From Nitrospiraceae bacterium UBA2166 (GTDB lineage Bacteria; Nitrospirota; Nitrospiria; Nitrospirales; UBA2166): a stretch of DNA of 53,607 nucleotides. The DNA lies in NCBI GenBank assembly GCA_002328825.1, contig DCWI01000037.1:1-53607 (forward strand), read 5' to 3'. How positions within the stretch are numbered: the stretch's first letter is position 1; every line of letters starts with the position of its first letter. Both the position numbers and the translations under genes were made by a program. The notes beneath the pieces were generated by a model. The model was not told the DNA's origin. It worked only from the letters and a program-made list of their open reading frames with translations, and did not search any database. Positions 30,765-40,188 of the stretch are shown here, one piece after another.

Positions 30765-32114
30765 ATGGTTGAAAAAAAAGCGATCGTTACTGGATTAAGT
30801 GTATTGGCGGGGTTGGTGACCGTCATCATTGTTCTACGCGTGTTTGATGGAAGTCCTCCAAACGTCACCTTTTCAATGCCGTTTGACGTGGTTGGCTCGA
30901 AAACCACGTTGAGACTTCATGTTGAAGATATGCGTACTGGGCTGAAATCTGTTTCCGTGACTATTGAACAGGGTGGGGAACGTTACGTGATTGCAGACAA
31001 GAAATTTGAAGATCCTCGGTGGTACACAATATGGAAGGGCGGATCAGAGAAACAGTTTACTCTTGATCTTATTCCGTATGCTAATCGTGAAATTCCGAGG
31101 AAAGAGGGAGATGCGACACTGATTATTAGGGCAGAGGATTACTCGTGGAGGCATTTGTCGAGAGGAAATCGTCAAGACGTTGTACATGAGTTTCGTGCGA
31201 AATTTCGTGCGCCTCGATTGGAGAGACTTTCGGCACATCATGTGATTAACCAAGGTGGAGCAGAACTTGTACGGTACAGGGTTTCGGGTGATGCCGTGCA
31301 TCATGGGATTGAAGTTGAAAAATTGTTTTTCCCCGGGTATCCCGTTTCTAAAAATGATGGTTACTTTGCTATGCTGGCTTTTCCGTTCACTGAAACAAAG
31401 CACATCCCAATTTTTCTCGTTGCGAGGGATGAGGCGGGGAATCAGAGTAAGATTCCAGTGTCATATGATCTTGTGAAAAAAATATGGCGACAACGACAGA
31501 TTAACATCGATGATAGATTTATTGATCGTACTGTTCATCCGCTTATTGCACAAAGCGCTGATATTGACGAAACAGGACATCCTGTTAGTGATTTTCTTGC
31601 GGCAAACACGACGTTGCGGAATATCACAAACCAACGGCTTGCTGAGATTGTAAAAGATACTCGTCCTCAACAATTGTGGAGTGGTGCTTTTTTGCAGCTG
31701 TCAAATTCACAAGTTCAGGCATTGTTCGCTGATCGGCGTGATTACTACTACAATGGGGAAAAGATTGATACAAAAGATCACCTTGGATATGATTTGGCGG
31801 CAACGCAAAACGCTCCAGTGGAGGCCGGCAATACGGGTGTCGTGATCTTTGCGGGAGATCTTGGCCTTTATGGCAATAGTGTCATCATTGATCATGGCTA
31901 TGGGTTACAGTCCTTATACGGACATCTTGCATCGTTTACAGTGGGACTTGAGGAAGAAATTGTAAAAGGGGAGATCGTGGGATACACGGGATCAACTGGA
32001 ATGGCTGGAGGCGACCATCTTCACTTTAGTATGTTATTGCATGGGCAGCAGGTCAATCCGATTGAGTGGTGGGATCGTCGGTGGGTTAAACTGCACATTG
32101 AAGATCGTCTGTAA
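30765..32114 (+). CDS. M23 family metallopeptidase, membrane-anchored
   Basis: N-terminal TM segment. C-terminal LytM motifs (HLGYDLA...GNSVIIDHGYGLQSLYGHL...GSTGMAGGDHLHF). Confidence 0.9.
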   Translation: MVEKKAIVTGLSVLAGLVTVIIVLRVFDGSPPNVTFSMPFDVVGSKTTLRLHVEDMRTGLKSVSVTIEQGGERYVIADKKFEDPRWYTIWKGGSEKQFTLDLIPYANREIPRKEGDATLIIRAEDYSWRHLSRGNRQDVVHEFRAKFRAPRLERLSAHHVINQGGAELVRYRVSGDAVHHGIEVEKLFFPGYPVSKNDGYFAMLAFPFTETKHIPIFLVARDEAGNQSKIPVSYDLVKKIWRQRQINIDDRFIDRTVHPLIAQSADIDETGHPVSDFLAANTTLRNITNQRLAEIVKDTRPQQLWSGAFLQLSNSQVQALFADRRDYYYNGEKIDTKDHLGYDLAATQNAPVEAGNTGVVIFAGDLGLYGNSVIIDHGYGLQSLYGHLASFTVGLEEEIVKGEIVGYTGSTGMAGGDHLHFSMLLHGQQVNPIEWWDRRWVKLHIEDRL

Positions 32115-32247
32115 CTACTTAGGGCGATTTTTTTCTTCAGCAACAGCGTTGCTATGGCGATTGCATTCTCACGTATCTCACGATACGTTTTGGTCCTACA
32201 CTACTATGTCTTGGCAAACATTAACTCGGTCTGAGTAGAGGTGTGAG

Positions 32248-32610
32248 ATGAGTGGTGGGATCGTGGAAGTTGTCGAAGGTCTAAGGTGTGACTGGGTGAT
32301 GATTCGAGCGGAAGTGCGACAGTCGTACAAAGATTTTTATGAACTCCAACCGGGTGGAGCAATTGCAATGGATCTTGGTGCATCAGGATGGATACTTGAA
32401 GTCCAGCCTGATGCACGGCTCTTGTGTCAGGTTGGAGTGGATATGGAAGAACTTTGCACACTGCTTTCTGGAAATACGACTGAAGATCTCTCTTTGGATG
32501 AACTGCAGCGTGTGGCAAAGGATCATCTGAGACCCTCAGTTCGACGGTACAAGTCAAAATTAGTTGAGGGGGATTTCAAGAAAAGATGGAGGTTGAAGAA
32601 GAGTTTATAG
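32248..32610 (+). CDS. Hypothetical protein (120 aa)
   Basis: ORF with an ATG start preceded by GAGGTG. I recognise no family. Confidence 0.5.
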   Translation: MSGGIVEVVEGLRCDWVMIRAEVRQSYKDFYELQPGGAIAMDLGASGWILEVQPDARLLCQVGVDMEELCTLLSGNTTEDLSLDELQRVAKDHLRPSVRRYKSKLVEGDFKKRWRLKKSL

Positions 32611-32709
32611 CAATTGCCTTTGAACGATTGGTAGACTTTCAGAATTTTTCCGAGATTCACAAGATAATTTCGTGGTGCCGAAAAGTTATTGTTTAATGTG
32701 TTTTGAATT

Positions 32710-33717
32710 ATGATGAGTAGGGATGAAGTGAAAAACAAAGACTTGGATGACGTTATTTGGACAGAAGCTGCGCTGGAGCGTATGCAGCGCGCACCAGTTT
32801 TTCTTCGTGGTATGGTGAAACGGTTGGCCGAGAAAAAAGCAAAGGAGCTTGGCCGGCCAGAGATCACTGAGGATCTATTGACTCAATTCAAGGAACAGAT
32901 GATGGGAGGCATGGGAGGGGCTGTAGGCATGCAAGAGGCGGCGATGGCAATGGAATCCGGAACCCTCCCGTGGACTGCTGAAGCAAAATCACGTCTTGAA
33001 ACAGTTCCAGCGTTTATGAAAGAGATGACCAAGCGTATTGCTGAGGATGTGGCTCGAGAACATGGCCATATGGAAGTCAATGTTGAGTTGCTGAAAAAAG
33101 TAGAAGATCTTGGTGGTGATAATAATCAAGATATGCCACTTTTGCCGATCGAGTGGACTGATGGCTCGCTTGCGATGCTTGCAAAAAAAGTTGAGCAGTC
33201 ACCAGATATCGCGAAGGAATTTGTGGTAGATATGCTGAAACGTGATACCGAAGAAATGGCTCGTGAAAATGGACTTACAGTAATTGATGAGGCGGCGTAC
33301 ATTGCAGTGTGGGATGCTCCTCAAAGAGCAGTTTTGTGGAGTGATGAAGCGTGGAAACGACTTCTCACATCACCAGACTTTGTGCGAAGTGGGATAAGGA
33401 AGGCTGCGGAACGTCGTGCCAGGAAACTAGGACTCAAGGAAATTGATTCGGCCCATCTCACCACCTTTAGAAATGAAGCTATGATGAAAGCGGTGAGGCG
33501 GATTCGTTCACTCGGCTACAAGGAACTAACCTTTGATGCGTTTGAAAAGGCGCTTGAGAAAACTAAACGGCTAAAAGGTAACCCTCAAGCTGAGAAACGG
33601 CTAGAAGAAATCAGGGAATATATGAAAGAAAAACCTCATGTCGGGGTGTTAGGTGAGGAACTTATGACGAGTTTCAGAAAATATCTTGCAGGTGAGGGTA
33701 CGCTTCCTCCTCGGTAG
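32710..33717 (+). CDS. Protein with four tandem PCP_red-like (protochlorophyllide reductase subunit B C-terminal-like) repeats
   Basis: Repeats start at W17, W88, W149 and W210. They follow the pattern W-[TS]-x-E-A-x-x-R-[LM]-x-x-x-P-x-F-[LMV]-[RK]...A-E-x-x-A-[RK]-x-x-G-x-x-E-[IV]. The third repeat is divergent. Confidence 0.7.
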   Translation: MMSRDEVKNKDLDDVIWTEAALERMQRAPVFLRGMVKRLAEKKAKELGRPEITEDLLTQFKEQMMGGMGGAVGMQEAAMAMESGTLPWTAEAKSRLETVPAFMKEMTKRIAEDVAREHGHMEVNVELLKKVEDLGGDNNQDMPLLPIEWTDGSLAMLAKKVEQSPDIAKEFVVDMLKRDTEEMARENGLTVIDEAAYIAVWDAPQRAVLWSDEAWKRLLTSPDFVRSGIRKAAERRARKLGLKEIDSAHLTTFRNEAMMKAVRRIRSLGYKELTFDAFEKALEKTKRLKGNPQAEKRLEEIREYMKEKPHVGVLGEELMTSFRKYLAGEGTLPPR

Positions 33718-34047
33718 TTACCGGCGAAATCCATCCTTCTGTTTCAATACATCATGTAGCAGATCGTCTGCAAGCTTGGCCGCTTTCTTTTTTCGTTTCC
33801 AATGTCGATGGACAAGGCTAAACGCATACCAGCATAGGATAAGAAATGCGATCCATATCAGTTCGCTCATCCCACGAATTGTAAGGATTTTTTTTCCCCT
33901 CGGCAAGGGTAGATGAAGGTGGGATCTTGGCATCAGTAAAGAAGAATTGTTCATGTGAATGTTTGCTTCCCGATCAAGTGATGTTACAGAACAGCAATGT
34001 GTAGTCTGCGTTTTGAGAGTTATGATGCTAGCAGGTAGATTTGAAGA

Positions 34048-34911
34048 ATGGTGATGGCGATGGCAAATGTTCTCATTGCAGGTTGTGGGTATGTTGGGAT
34101 TCCTTTAGGAACGTATTTGGTAAGTCTTGGCCATCGTGTGTGGGGGTTGCGTCGTGAAGTTGTCGACTTTCCATCGGGAGTGTTGCCATTGGTGGCTGAT
34201 TTGACCAATCCTACGACACTCAAGGTTATTCCTCCCAACATTGACATTGTTTTTTACATGGCATCTCCAGATTCTTTTAAAGAAGATTCCTACCAAAAAG
34301 CGTATATTGACGGGTTACGGAATCTTCTCGACGTTTTGAAAACATACGCAACAAATCCTCGTGTGTTTTACAGCTCAAGTACTGCGGTATACGCACAACA
34401 ATCTGGAGAGTGGGTCGATGAAACATCTCCGACGACGCCTAATTACTTTTCAGGGCGATGTCTTCTAGAGGGAGAACAGTATCTATTAGATAGCGGGTTT
34501 CCAGCCACAGTTGTTCGATTTGGAGGCATATATGGTCCTGATCGAATCCGATTGATTCAAAAAATTCGAAAGGGAAGTGTGACATGCCAAGGTAGCCCAC
34601 TGCGATATATAAACCATATTCACCGTGATGATTGTGTGGGAGCTTTAGTACACCTGATGAGATTAGATAAACCTGATTGCCTTTATCTTGGGGTAGACAA
34701 TGCGCCAACTGAGTGGTGCGAACTATTAACTTGGTTGGCAAATAAACTTGAAGTTCCAGCACCTCACGTTGAGATTTCTCCGGTTTTTGGAAAACAACAA
34801 TCCAGAAACAACAAACGGTGTCAGAATAAAAAACTTGTGAAGTCAGGCTATAAATTCTGCTATCCAACGTTGCAGGATGGATATACATCTCTTTTGAAGA
34901 GTGCGATGTAA
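34048..34911 (+). CDS. NAD(P)-dependent epimerase/dehydratase (extended SDR) family protein
   Basis: N-terminal Rossmann motif (VLIAGCGYVGIPLG) and an SDR-like length and pattern. The start could be one of three nearby Met codons. Confidence 0.8.
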   Translation: MVMAMANVLIAGCGYVGIPLGTYLVSLGHRVWGLRREVVDFPSGVLPLVADLTNPTTLKVIPPNIDIVFYMASPDSFKEDSYQKAYIDGLRNLLDVLKTYATNPRVFYSSSTAVYAQQSGEWVDETSPTTPNYFSGRCLLEGEQYLLDSGFPATVVRFGGIYGPDRIRLIQKIRKGSVTCQGSPLRYINHIHRDDCVGALVHLMRLDKPDCLYLGVDNAPTEWCELLTWLANKLEVPAPHVEISPVFGKQQSRNNKRCQNKKLVKSGYKFCYPTLQDGYTSLLKSAM

Positions 34912-35217
34912 TAGTTATCTGCATATGAAAGAATACGAAAAACATAATGCTCAAGTGATATTTAATTATTGCGCATGTACTGAGTTCTGTGGTGAGTGAG
35001 GTGAGTTAACTCATGATTTCGTTTCATTCACTATCCATTTTTCTATCATGTTTCATGGTCGTTTGATTAGGCAGTGAGCACCAAATTGTGTAATCAGAAT
35101 CACACCTCCCAACCGAGTGTTCAAGGTGAACTAACGAAGCTGAAAGGGAAATTTGTGCTTGGGCGAGGTTTGCCTTACTTTGTTGAAAACTCACTTGTGC
35201 AATGCGGACAGTTTTCT

Positions 35218-35535
35218 TTATGGTTTAGGTGCCATGATTACCAGTACGATTAGTTTTTCAGTGGAATGGTTCTTGACCCCGTGAGGTTCTCCTGATCTAG
35301 CAATGGTTCCCATGCCTTTTTTTAAAATTGTTGACTCAACTCCAACCTTAAAGGTTCCTTCACCTTTCTGGACGATATAGATCTTGTCTGAGTTTGTGTG
35401 TGTGTGGACTTTTTGTTCTTGGCCTGGTTCAAAGCAGTACAGGTCGGTAAACATATGTTCTGTTTCAAACAGATTGTTTTTCTTCATCTTCTCTGGTGAG
35501 TAACTGATGCAATCGGCGATAGTGACTGTTTTCAT
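35218..35535 (-). CDS. Cupin-domain protein
   Basis: 105 aa. G-x5-H-x-H...G...H pattern (PGQEQKVHTHTNSDKIYIV.KGEG...GEPHGVKN). Confidence 0.8.
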   Translation of the reverse strand: MKTVTIADCISYSPEKMKKNNLFETEHMFTDLYCFEPGQEQKVHTHTNSDKIYIVQKGEGTFKVGVESTILKKGMGTIARSGEPHGVKNHSTEKLIVLVIMAPKP

Positions 35536-35548
35536 ATATTGAATCCTC

Positions 35549-37015
35549 CTATCCCTTAATATTTCCTATCGGACGCAGCTCTGCTACTTTTTTTGTGATG
35601 CCACACTGTTCAACTGTTTCGGCGATGTCCGAAATATCTTTATATGCCATCCCAGCTTCTTCGGCGAGGCTGGACAGTGATACACTTTTGATTACAATTC
35701 CATGTTTTTCCATGCGCCGTCTGAGATCTGCTCCCTTGATTTTTTTTTTCGCGGCTGTTCGGGACATTGTTCGTCCTGAACCATGCATGGTTGAGCCAAA
35801 AGTATCTGTGACGGCTTTCTCTGTTCCGACAAGCAGATAGGATCCAGTTTCCATTGATCCTCCACAAATAATTGGCTGTCCAGTCTTTCGGTAGCGCGGA
35901 CATACATCAGGGTGCCCGGGTCCAAATGCGCGTGTAGCGCCCTTGCGATGAACCACGAGGTCTTTGCGTTTTCCGTTGATGGTATATGGTTCAACTTTGG
36001 CGATATTATGTGCGACATCATATACGATCTCCATCCCTAGTGATTCAGGGGGCTTTTGAAAGATGGTGCGGAATGACTCGCGTATGCGGTGGGTAATTAC
36101 TTGGCGATTGGCAAATGCTGCATTTGCTGCACACAACATAGCACCGAAATAATCTTGGCCTTCAGAACTTGTGAATGGAGCACAGGCAAGCTGGCGATCC
36201 TTAACTTTCAAATCATATTTTCTCATCGCTTTTTCAAAAACACAGAGAAAATCAGTGGCGACTTGGTGTCCAAATCCCCGTGAACCGGAGTGTACCATGA
36301 TGACCACTTGGTTTTTGCCAAAGAGTCCAAAGGTCTCTGCAGCTTGGCGGTCAAAAATCCGGTCGTCAGCTACGACTTGAACTTCTAAATAATGATTACC
36401 GGAACCCAGTGTGCCTATTTGGTGGATTCCTCTCTTGATAGCTTTATCGCTTACTTTTGATGGATCTGCACCGGCCAGATGTCCTCCTTCTTCTATTCGT
36501 TCTCGGTCTTGTGGCCATCCGTAGCCATTGGCAATACACCAATCGACACCATCACTTACGAGGTGGATGAATTCAGATTTGTTTAATTGAAGAAACCCTT
36601 TGCCTCCTACACCTGCGGGTACTTGTCGAAATAGTTCGGACATAAGCTGTTCTAGCTTTGGCTGAACTTCGTCGTAGGTTAGGTTCGTTCGAATAAGACG
36701 CATTCCACAGTTGATGTCAAAGCCAATTCCACCGGGAGAAATAATACCGTGGTGTTGGTCAAATGCAGCCACTCCACCAATTGGAAATCCGTAGCCCCAG
36801 TGGCCATCTGGCATGCAGATAGCATATCGCTGAATACCTGATAAACAGGCGACGTTTGTTATTTGTTCAAAGACACCACTATCCATCTCTTCCAAAATCT
36901 TCGGGGAGGCATAGATGCGTGCAGGAACTTGCATGCCCTCTTTTTCTGTTACTGGGATTTCCCAGATGTTTGTGGAGACCTCGTGAATTTTCATATGTGT
37001 GTGTTCAAGTTTCAT
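35549..37015 (-). CDS. rtcB: RNA-splicing ligase RtcB
   Basis: RtcB motifs (MPDGHWGYGFPIGG, DINCGMR, GSGNHYLE, HSGSRGFGHQ, HGSGR). The ATG at 37015 lies 2 nt after the archease stop. The ORF is open to 37048. Confidence 0.95.
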   Translation of the reverse strand: MKLEHTHMKIHEVSTNIWEIPVTEKEGMQVPARIYASPKILEEMDSGVFEQITNVACLSGIQRYAICMPDGHWGYGFPIGGVAAFDQHHGIISPGGIGFDINCGMRLIRTNLTYDEVQPKLEQLMSELFRQVPAGVGGKGFLQLNKSEFIHLVSDGVDWCIANGYGWPQDRERIEEGGHLAGADPSKVSDKAIKRGIHQIGTLGSGNHYLEVQVVADDRIFDRQAAETFGLFGKNQVVIMVHSGSRGFGHQVATDFLCVFEKAMRKYDLKVKDRQLACAPFTSSEGQDYFGAMLCAANAAFANRQVITHRIRESFRTIFQKPPESLGMEIVYDVAHNIAKVEPYTINGKRKDLVVHRKGATRAFGPGHPDVCPRYRKTGQPIICGGSMETGSYLLVGTEKAVTDTFGSTMHGSGRTMSRTAAKKKIKGADLRRRMEKHGIVIKSVSLSSLAEEAGMAYKDISDIAETVEQCGITKKVAELRPIGNIKG

Positions 37016-37017
37016 GG

Positions 37018-37443
37018 CTAAATATCCAAGACCACAATCGCAACCCATTCGCTTCCATTATGGGAAACGTCATACATATGTTTGGTGATAGCTTTTACAT
37101 CACTTCCGAGTTGCTGAGTGTTTTGAACGGAGTCGCCTCTTATTCGAGCGGAAAGCTCCCAGTAGGATTTTTCCCGGACGGTTACGTCTGTATCGCAAAA
37201 TACCATTGCTTCTGCATCCTTGAGAAACACAAGCTCTGAGAGCCATGCAAACAAGAGTTCTGAGAGATCGCAGCTTGTGAGTTGAAGCACATGTTCTTGG
37301 CGAGGCCTAACACTGCAAGGATTAGCGATGGTTGCAATGAGCGCATCAGCCGCGGCCAGTAGGAGTTCCTCTGGAGTCTCTCCGCGCGCTTCAAATGCAA
37401 TGTCTGCAATGGCAATATTGTCGAGAAAGCAGTAAGACCGCAT
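37018..37443 (-). CDS. Archease
   Basis: 141 aa. N-terminal DIAFEARGETPEELL and C-terminal VKAITKHMYDV... match the archease pattern. It lies immediately upstream of rtcB. Confidence 0.85.
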   Translation of the reverse strand: MRSYCFLDNIAIADIAFEARGETPEELLLAAADALIATIANPCSVRPRQEHVLQLTSCDLSELLFAWLSELVFLKDAEAMVFCDTDVTVREKSYWELSARIRGDSVQNTQQLGSDVKAITKHMYDVSHNGSEWVAIVVLDI

Positions 37444-37468
37444 GACATCCTAACGCGGACAAATTTGC

Positions 37469-38602
37469 TTATTCAAGTTCTAGAAATTTTGGAAATTTTG
37501 TAAGATTTTGGTAGCCGGTGTTGGTGACTAAAACCATGTCCTCAATTCGGACTGCTCCAATGTCCAGATAGTAGAGTCCAGGCTCAATGGTTATGACTTG
37601 ACCTGCCCGAAGAATTGCCTTGGTCTTCCCAACGCGTGGAGGCTCGTGAATATCTAAGCCAACTCCATGCCCTGTCCCGTGAAAAAACCCTTGCATTCGA
37701 CCATCGCGTAGTCCTGTGGTATATCCGGCAGCCTCGAATCGTTCACAGATTCTCTGATGAATATCGTTTCCGTTAACGCCATCGCAAACTTCTTCAATTG
37801 CAGCTTGTTGTGCTTCCTTCACTGTGTTGTAGAGGCGATGCAATTTATCGGAGGCTTTTCCCTTGACTATGGTTCGTGTTTGATCAGCAAAATAGCGTGT
37901 TTTACTGGCGCGGGGAAAGATATCTATGATAATCGAGGTGTTTGCTTTCAGAGGACCCGAGCCTTCATTGTGCGGATCGCAAGCGTGAATGCCACTGGCA
38001 ACAATTGTGTGCTGTCCCACGCAACCTCTTTCTAGTAGCGCAATATGTATGGTTTGCTTGATCTTTTCTGATGTCAGTGGAGTGCCATTGGAATAAATAG
38101 TATCGTTTCGAATGGTGGCTTCTCTTATCACTTGTAGTGCAATTTCAAGTGATTCTTCGGTGGCGCATTGCGCCATTTCAATTGACTGAACTTCTTCTTT
38201 GGATTTTAGTAACCGTTGTTCGTAAAATGGATCATCTTTTGTCTCAACATCATAGCCAAGTTTTTGTAGGTCCCGAGCATATCGAAAAGCAAAGTTACCT
38301 GGAACGATAATCTGGGTGACATTATGTTCTTGTAGAACAAGGTGAACGATATCAATCATACGAGGGGAAGTTGTCCTATTGGCATTAGCTTTTTCTTCAT
38401 ACTTGGAGAAGGAGAGAATAGTATCGACGGTCGCGGTCGACCGTGCACGATCTATCTCAAGATCGTTCATCACTAGTATTTTTGTGCCTTCGATCTCAAT
38501 GAAAATAAAAGGGTCCGGTGCGAGAAATTTAGTGGCATAATACAAGTTTGCATCAATTTCACTTGCGGCAATGATCAGTGTGGCAGCTTTCGACATGTAC
38601 AT
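37469..38602 (-). CDS. M24B family Xaa-Pro aminopeptidase
   Basis: Creatinase-like N-terminal domain plus M24 motifs (HGTGHGVGLDIHEPP, VITIEPGLY, RIEDMV). Confidence 0.88.
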   Translation of the reverse strand: MYMSKAATLIIAASEIDANLYYATKFLAPDPFIFIEIEGTKILVMNDLEIDRARSTATVDTILSFSKYEEKANANRTTSPRMIDIVHLVLQEHNVTQIIVPGNFAFRYARDLQKLGYDVETKDDPFYEQRLLKSKEEVQSIEMAQCATEESLEIALQVIREATIRNDTIYSNGTPLTSEKIKQTIHIALLERGCVGQHTIVASGIHACDPHNEGSGPLKANTSIIIDIFPRASKTRYFADQTRTIVKGKASDKLHRLYNTVKEAQQAAIEEVCDGVNGNDIHQRICERFEAAGYTTGLRDGRMQGFFHGTGHGVGLDIHEPPRVGKTKAILRAGQVITIEPGLYYLDIGAVRIEDMVLVTNTGYQNLTKFPKFLELE

Positions 38603-38854
38603 GGTTTCAGTTGTGTTACTACTTGTTATGTTGACCTAAATTGATTCATTTGAGAATTTCGAATCGTTTTTAGTGATGGTAGACGGCATTCCTCTGTTCT
38701 ACGGGGTCAGGCATAGTTATAAGGATGTTTCCGTTGTTTACTCGACATTACCTGACTGTGTTGATGTAGAGGGTCATGCAAGGCATATTCTTAGCATAAG
38801 CCCCAGTATAGAGTGTTTCATTTGCCAACTTTTTTTGGTGAAGGTATTCTTTCC

Positions 38855-39262
38855 TTAGTAAATACCAGCTTCCCGCTGTAGCCACCTGATATACGAAATG
38901 ATATCCACCATTATCTCTCTGGTCATTCCTTCAACTGGAGGCATATCGCCAAACTCCCAATGATGTGCTCGGACACCTTGCATTGCTGCTCGGTAAAATG
39001 CTTGGTCTCCATGGTGGTTGGGGTGATAAATGCGAGAGAGAAATGTTGGACCTTTATCTGTTCCCGCACCCTTGATTCCGTGGCAAACCATGCAGTTGGA
39101 GTTAAATGAGGTTTCGCCTTTTTGAAATTCGGTAGGGAGGGTTGCGTCTGCGGGTGGTACTTGTGTGGCAATTGGCTTGGCGTCTGCATCGTTATGTTTG
39201 GATTCGCATCCGGTAGTGAAAATTACAAGTGTAATAGCTAGTATTTTTAACATCCACTGCAT
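38855..39262 (-). CDS. Class I c-type cytochrome, lipoprotein signal
   Basis: The signal peptide ends in TTGC. There is a single CMVCHG haem-binding motif. Confidence 0.85.
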   Translation of the reverse strand: MQWMLKILAITLVIFTTGCESKHNDADAKPIATQVPPADATLPTEFQKGETSFNSNCMVCHGIKGAGTDKGPTFLSRIYHPNHHGDQAFYRAAMQGVRAHHWEFGDMPPVEGMTREIMVDIISYIRWLQREAGIY

Positions 39263-39378
39263 TATGGTCCCTCCAACATGGTCGACATCTCAAATGTCCT
39301 TGTTGACAAGCGGATGGTACCAGAAGATCATGTAGAAGTGTACAGTATCACGCCGAGATTCTCATATTAACGCGATCA

Positions 39379-40146
39379 ATGAGTCATTCAAAATTTCCAG
39401 GATTTATGGCGAATAAACCGCACATCGCTGCACAATTAACTGGTCACGAACGTGAAGGGCTTGTGCAACGGATGTTTTCATCAATTGCACATAGATATGA
39501 TCTCAACAATACGATTCTAAGTTTTGGCTTCCATCACCATTGGAAATGGGTGGCTTGTCAAGTAGTTTCCGAGGCACATCCAAACAATGTGATTGATATT
39601 GGTGCGGGTACGTGTGATTTATCACTGATGCTTGCCAGAAAATTCCCTGTTACTTGTCAGATAATGGCTGTCGATCTTAATGAGGAGATGCTTGAAGTTG
39701 GGGTAGAGAAGATTCGTGCGGCAGCGTGTGAGGATCGAATTCACTGTTGCCGTGGGAACGCGGAGTCTCTAGGGTTTCAGAGCAATGTATTTGATGTTGC
39801 GATGGCCGGGTTTTGTATTAGAAACGTTGGCCAGTTAGACATTGCCCTACAAGAGATTTATCGTGTCATCAAACCGGGTGGCCAATTTATCTGTCTTGAG
39901 TTTTCTCGGCCGACAACTAGATGGCTCCGAAGTCTCTATGATTGGTATTCGTTACGTATTCTTCCATGGGTTGGAACATTGGTTGCGGCTGATCAGACCG
40001 CGGTGTATAGGTATTTACCTTTATCAATTAGAGAATTTCCAGATCAAGATGCTTTGGCTGGTCGTATGAGACGGGCAGGATTTAATACTGTAGATTACCA
40101 AAATCTGAGCGGTGGAATCGTCGCCATTCATCGAGCGGTAAAATGA
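39379..40146 (+). CDS. ubiE: Demethylmenaquinone/ubiquinone C-methyltransferase (UbiE/MenG family)
   Basis: VQRMFSSIAHRYDLNNTILSFGFHHHWK plus a SAM motif (VIDIGAGTCD) are typical of UbiE. Confidence 0.88.
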   Translation: MSHSKFPGFMANKPHIAAQLTGHEREGLVQRMFSSIAHRYDLNNTILSFGFHHHWKWVACQVVSEAHPNNVIDIGAGTCDLSLMLARKFPVTCQIMAVDLNEEMLEVGVEKIRAAACEDRIHCCRGNAESLGFQSNVFDVAMAGFCIRNVGQLDIALQEIYRVIKPGGQFICLEFSRPTTRWLRSLYDWYSLRILPWVGTLVAADQTAVYRYLPLSIREFPDQDALAGRMRRAGFNTVDYQNLSGGIVAIHRAVK

Positions 40147-40188
40147 TTGGGTTTGCTGTTCGGTGCTCAGCAAGGTGACACAAAATCC

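Noticed and set aside
33718-33954. A minus-strand small ORF. The likely product starts at 33870 (MSELIWIAFLILCWYAFSLV + KRKKK tail, ~50 aa) and abuts the PCP_red gene stop.
   Set aside because: One TM helix followed by a basic tail is plausible for a small membrane protein. But it has no convincing Shine-Dalgarno and no family match, and the upstream part of the ORF looks random. The support is too weak to annotate.
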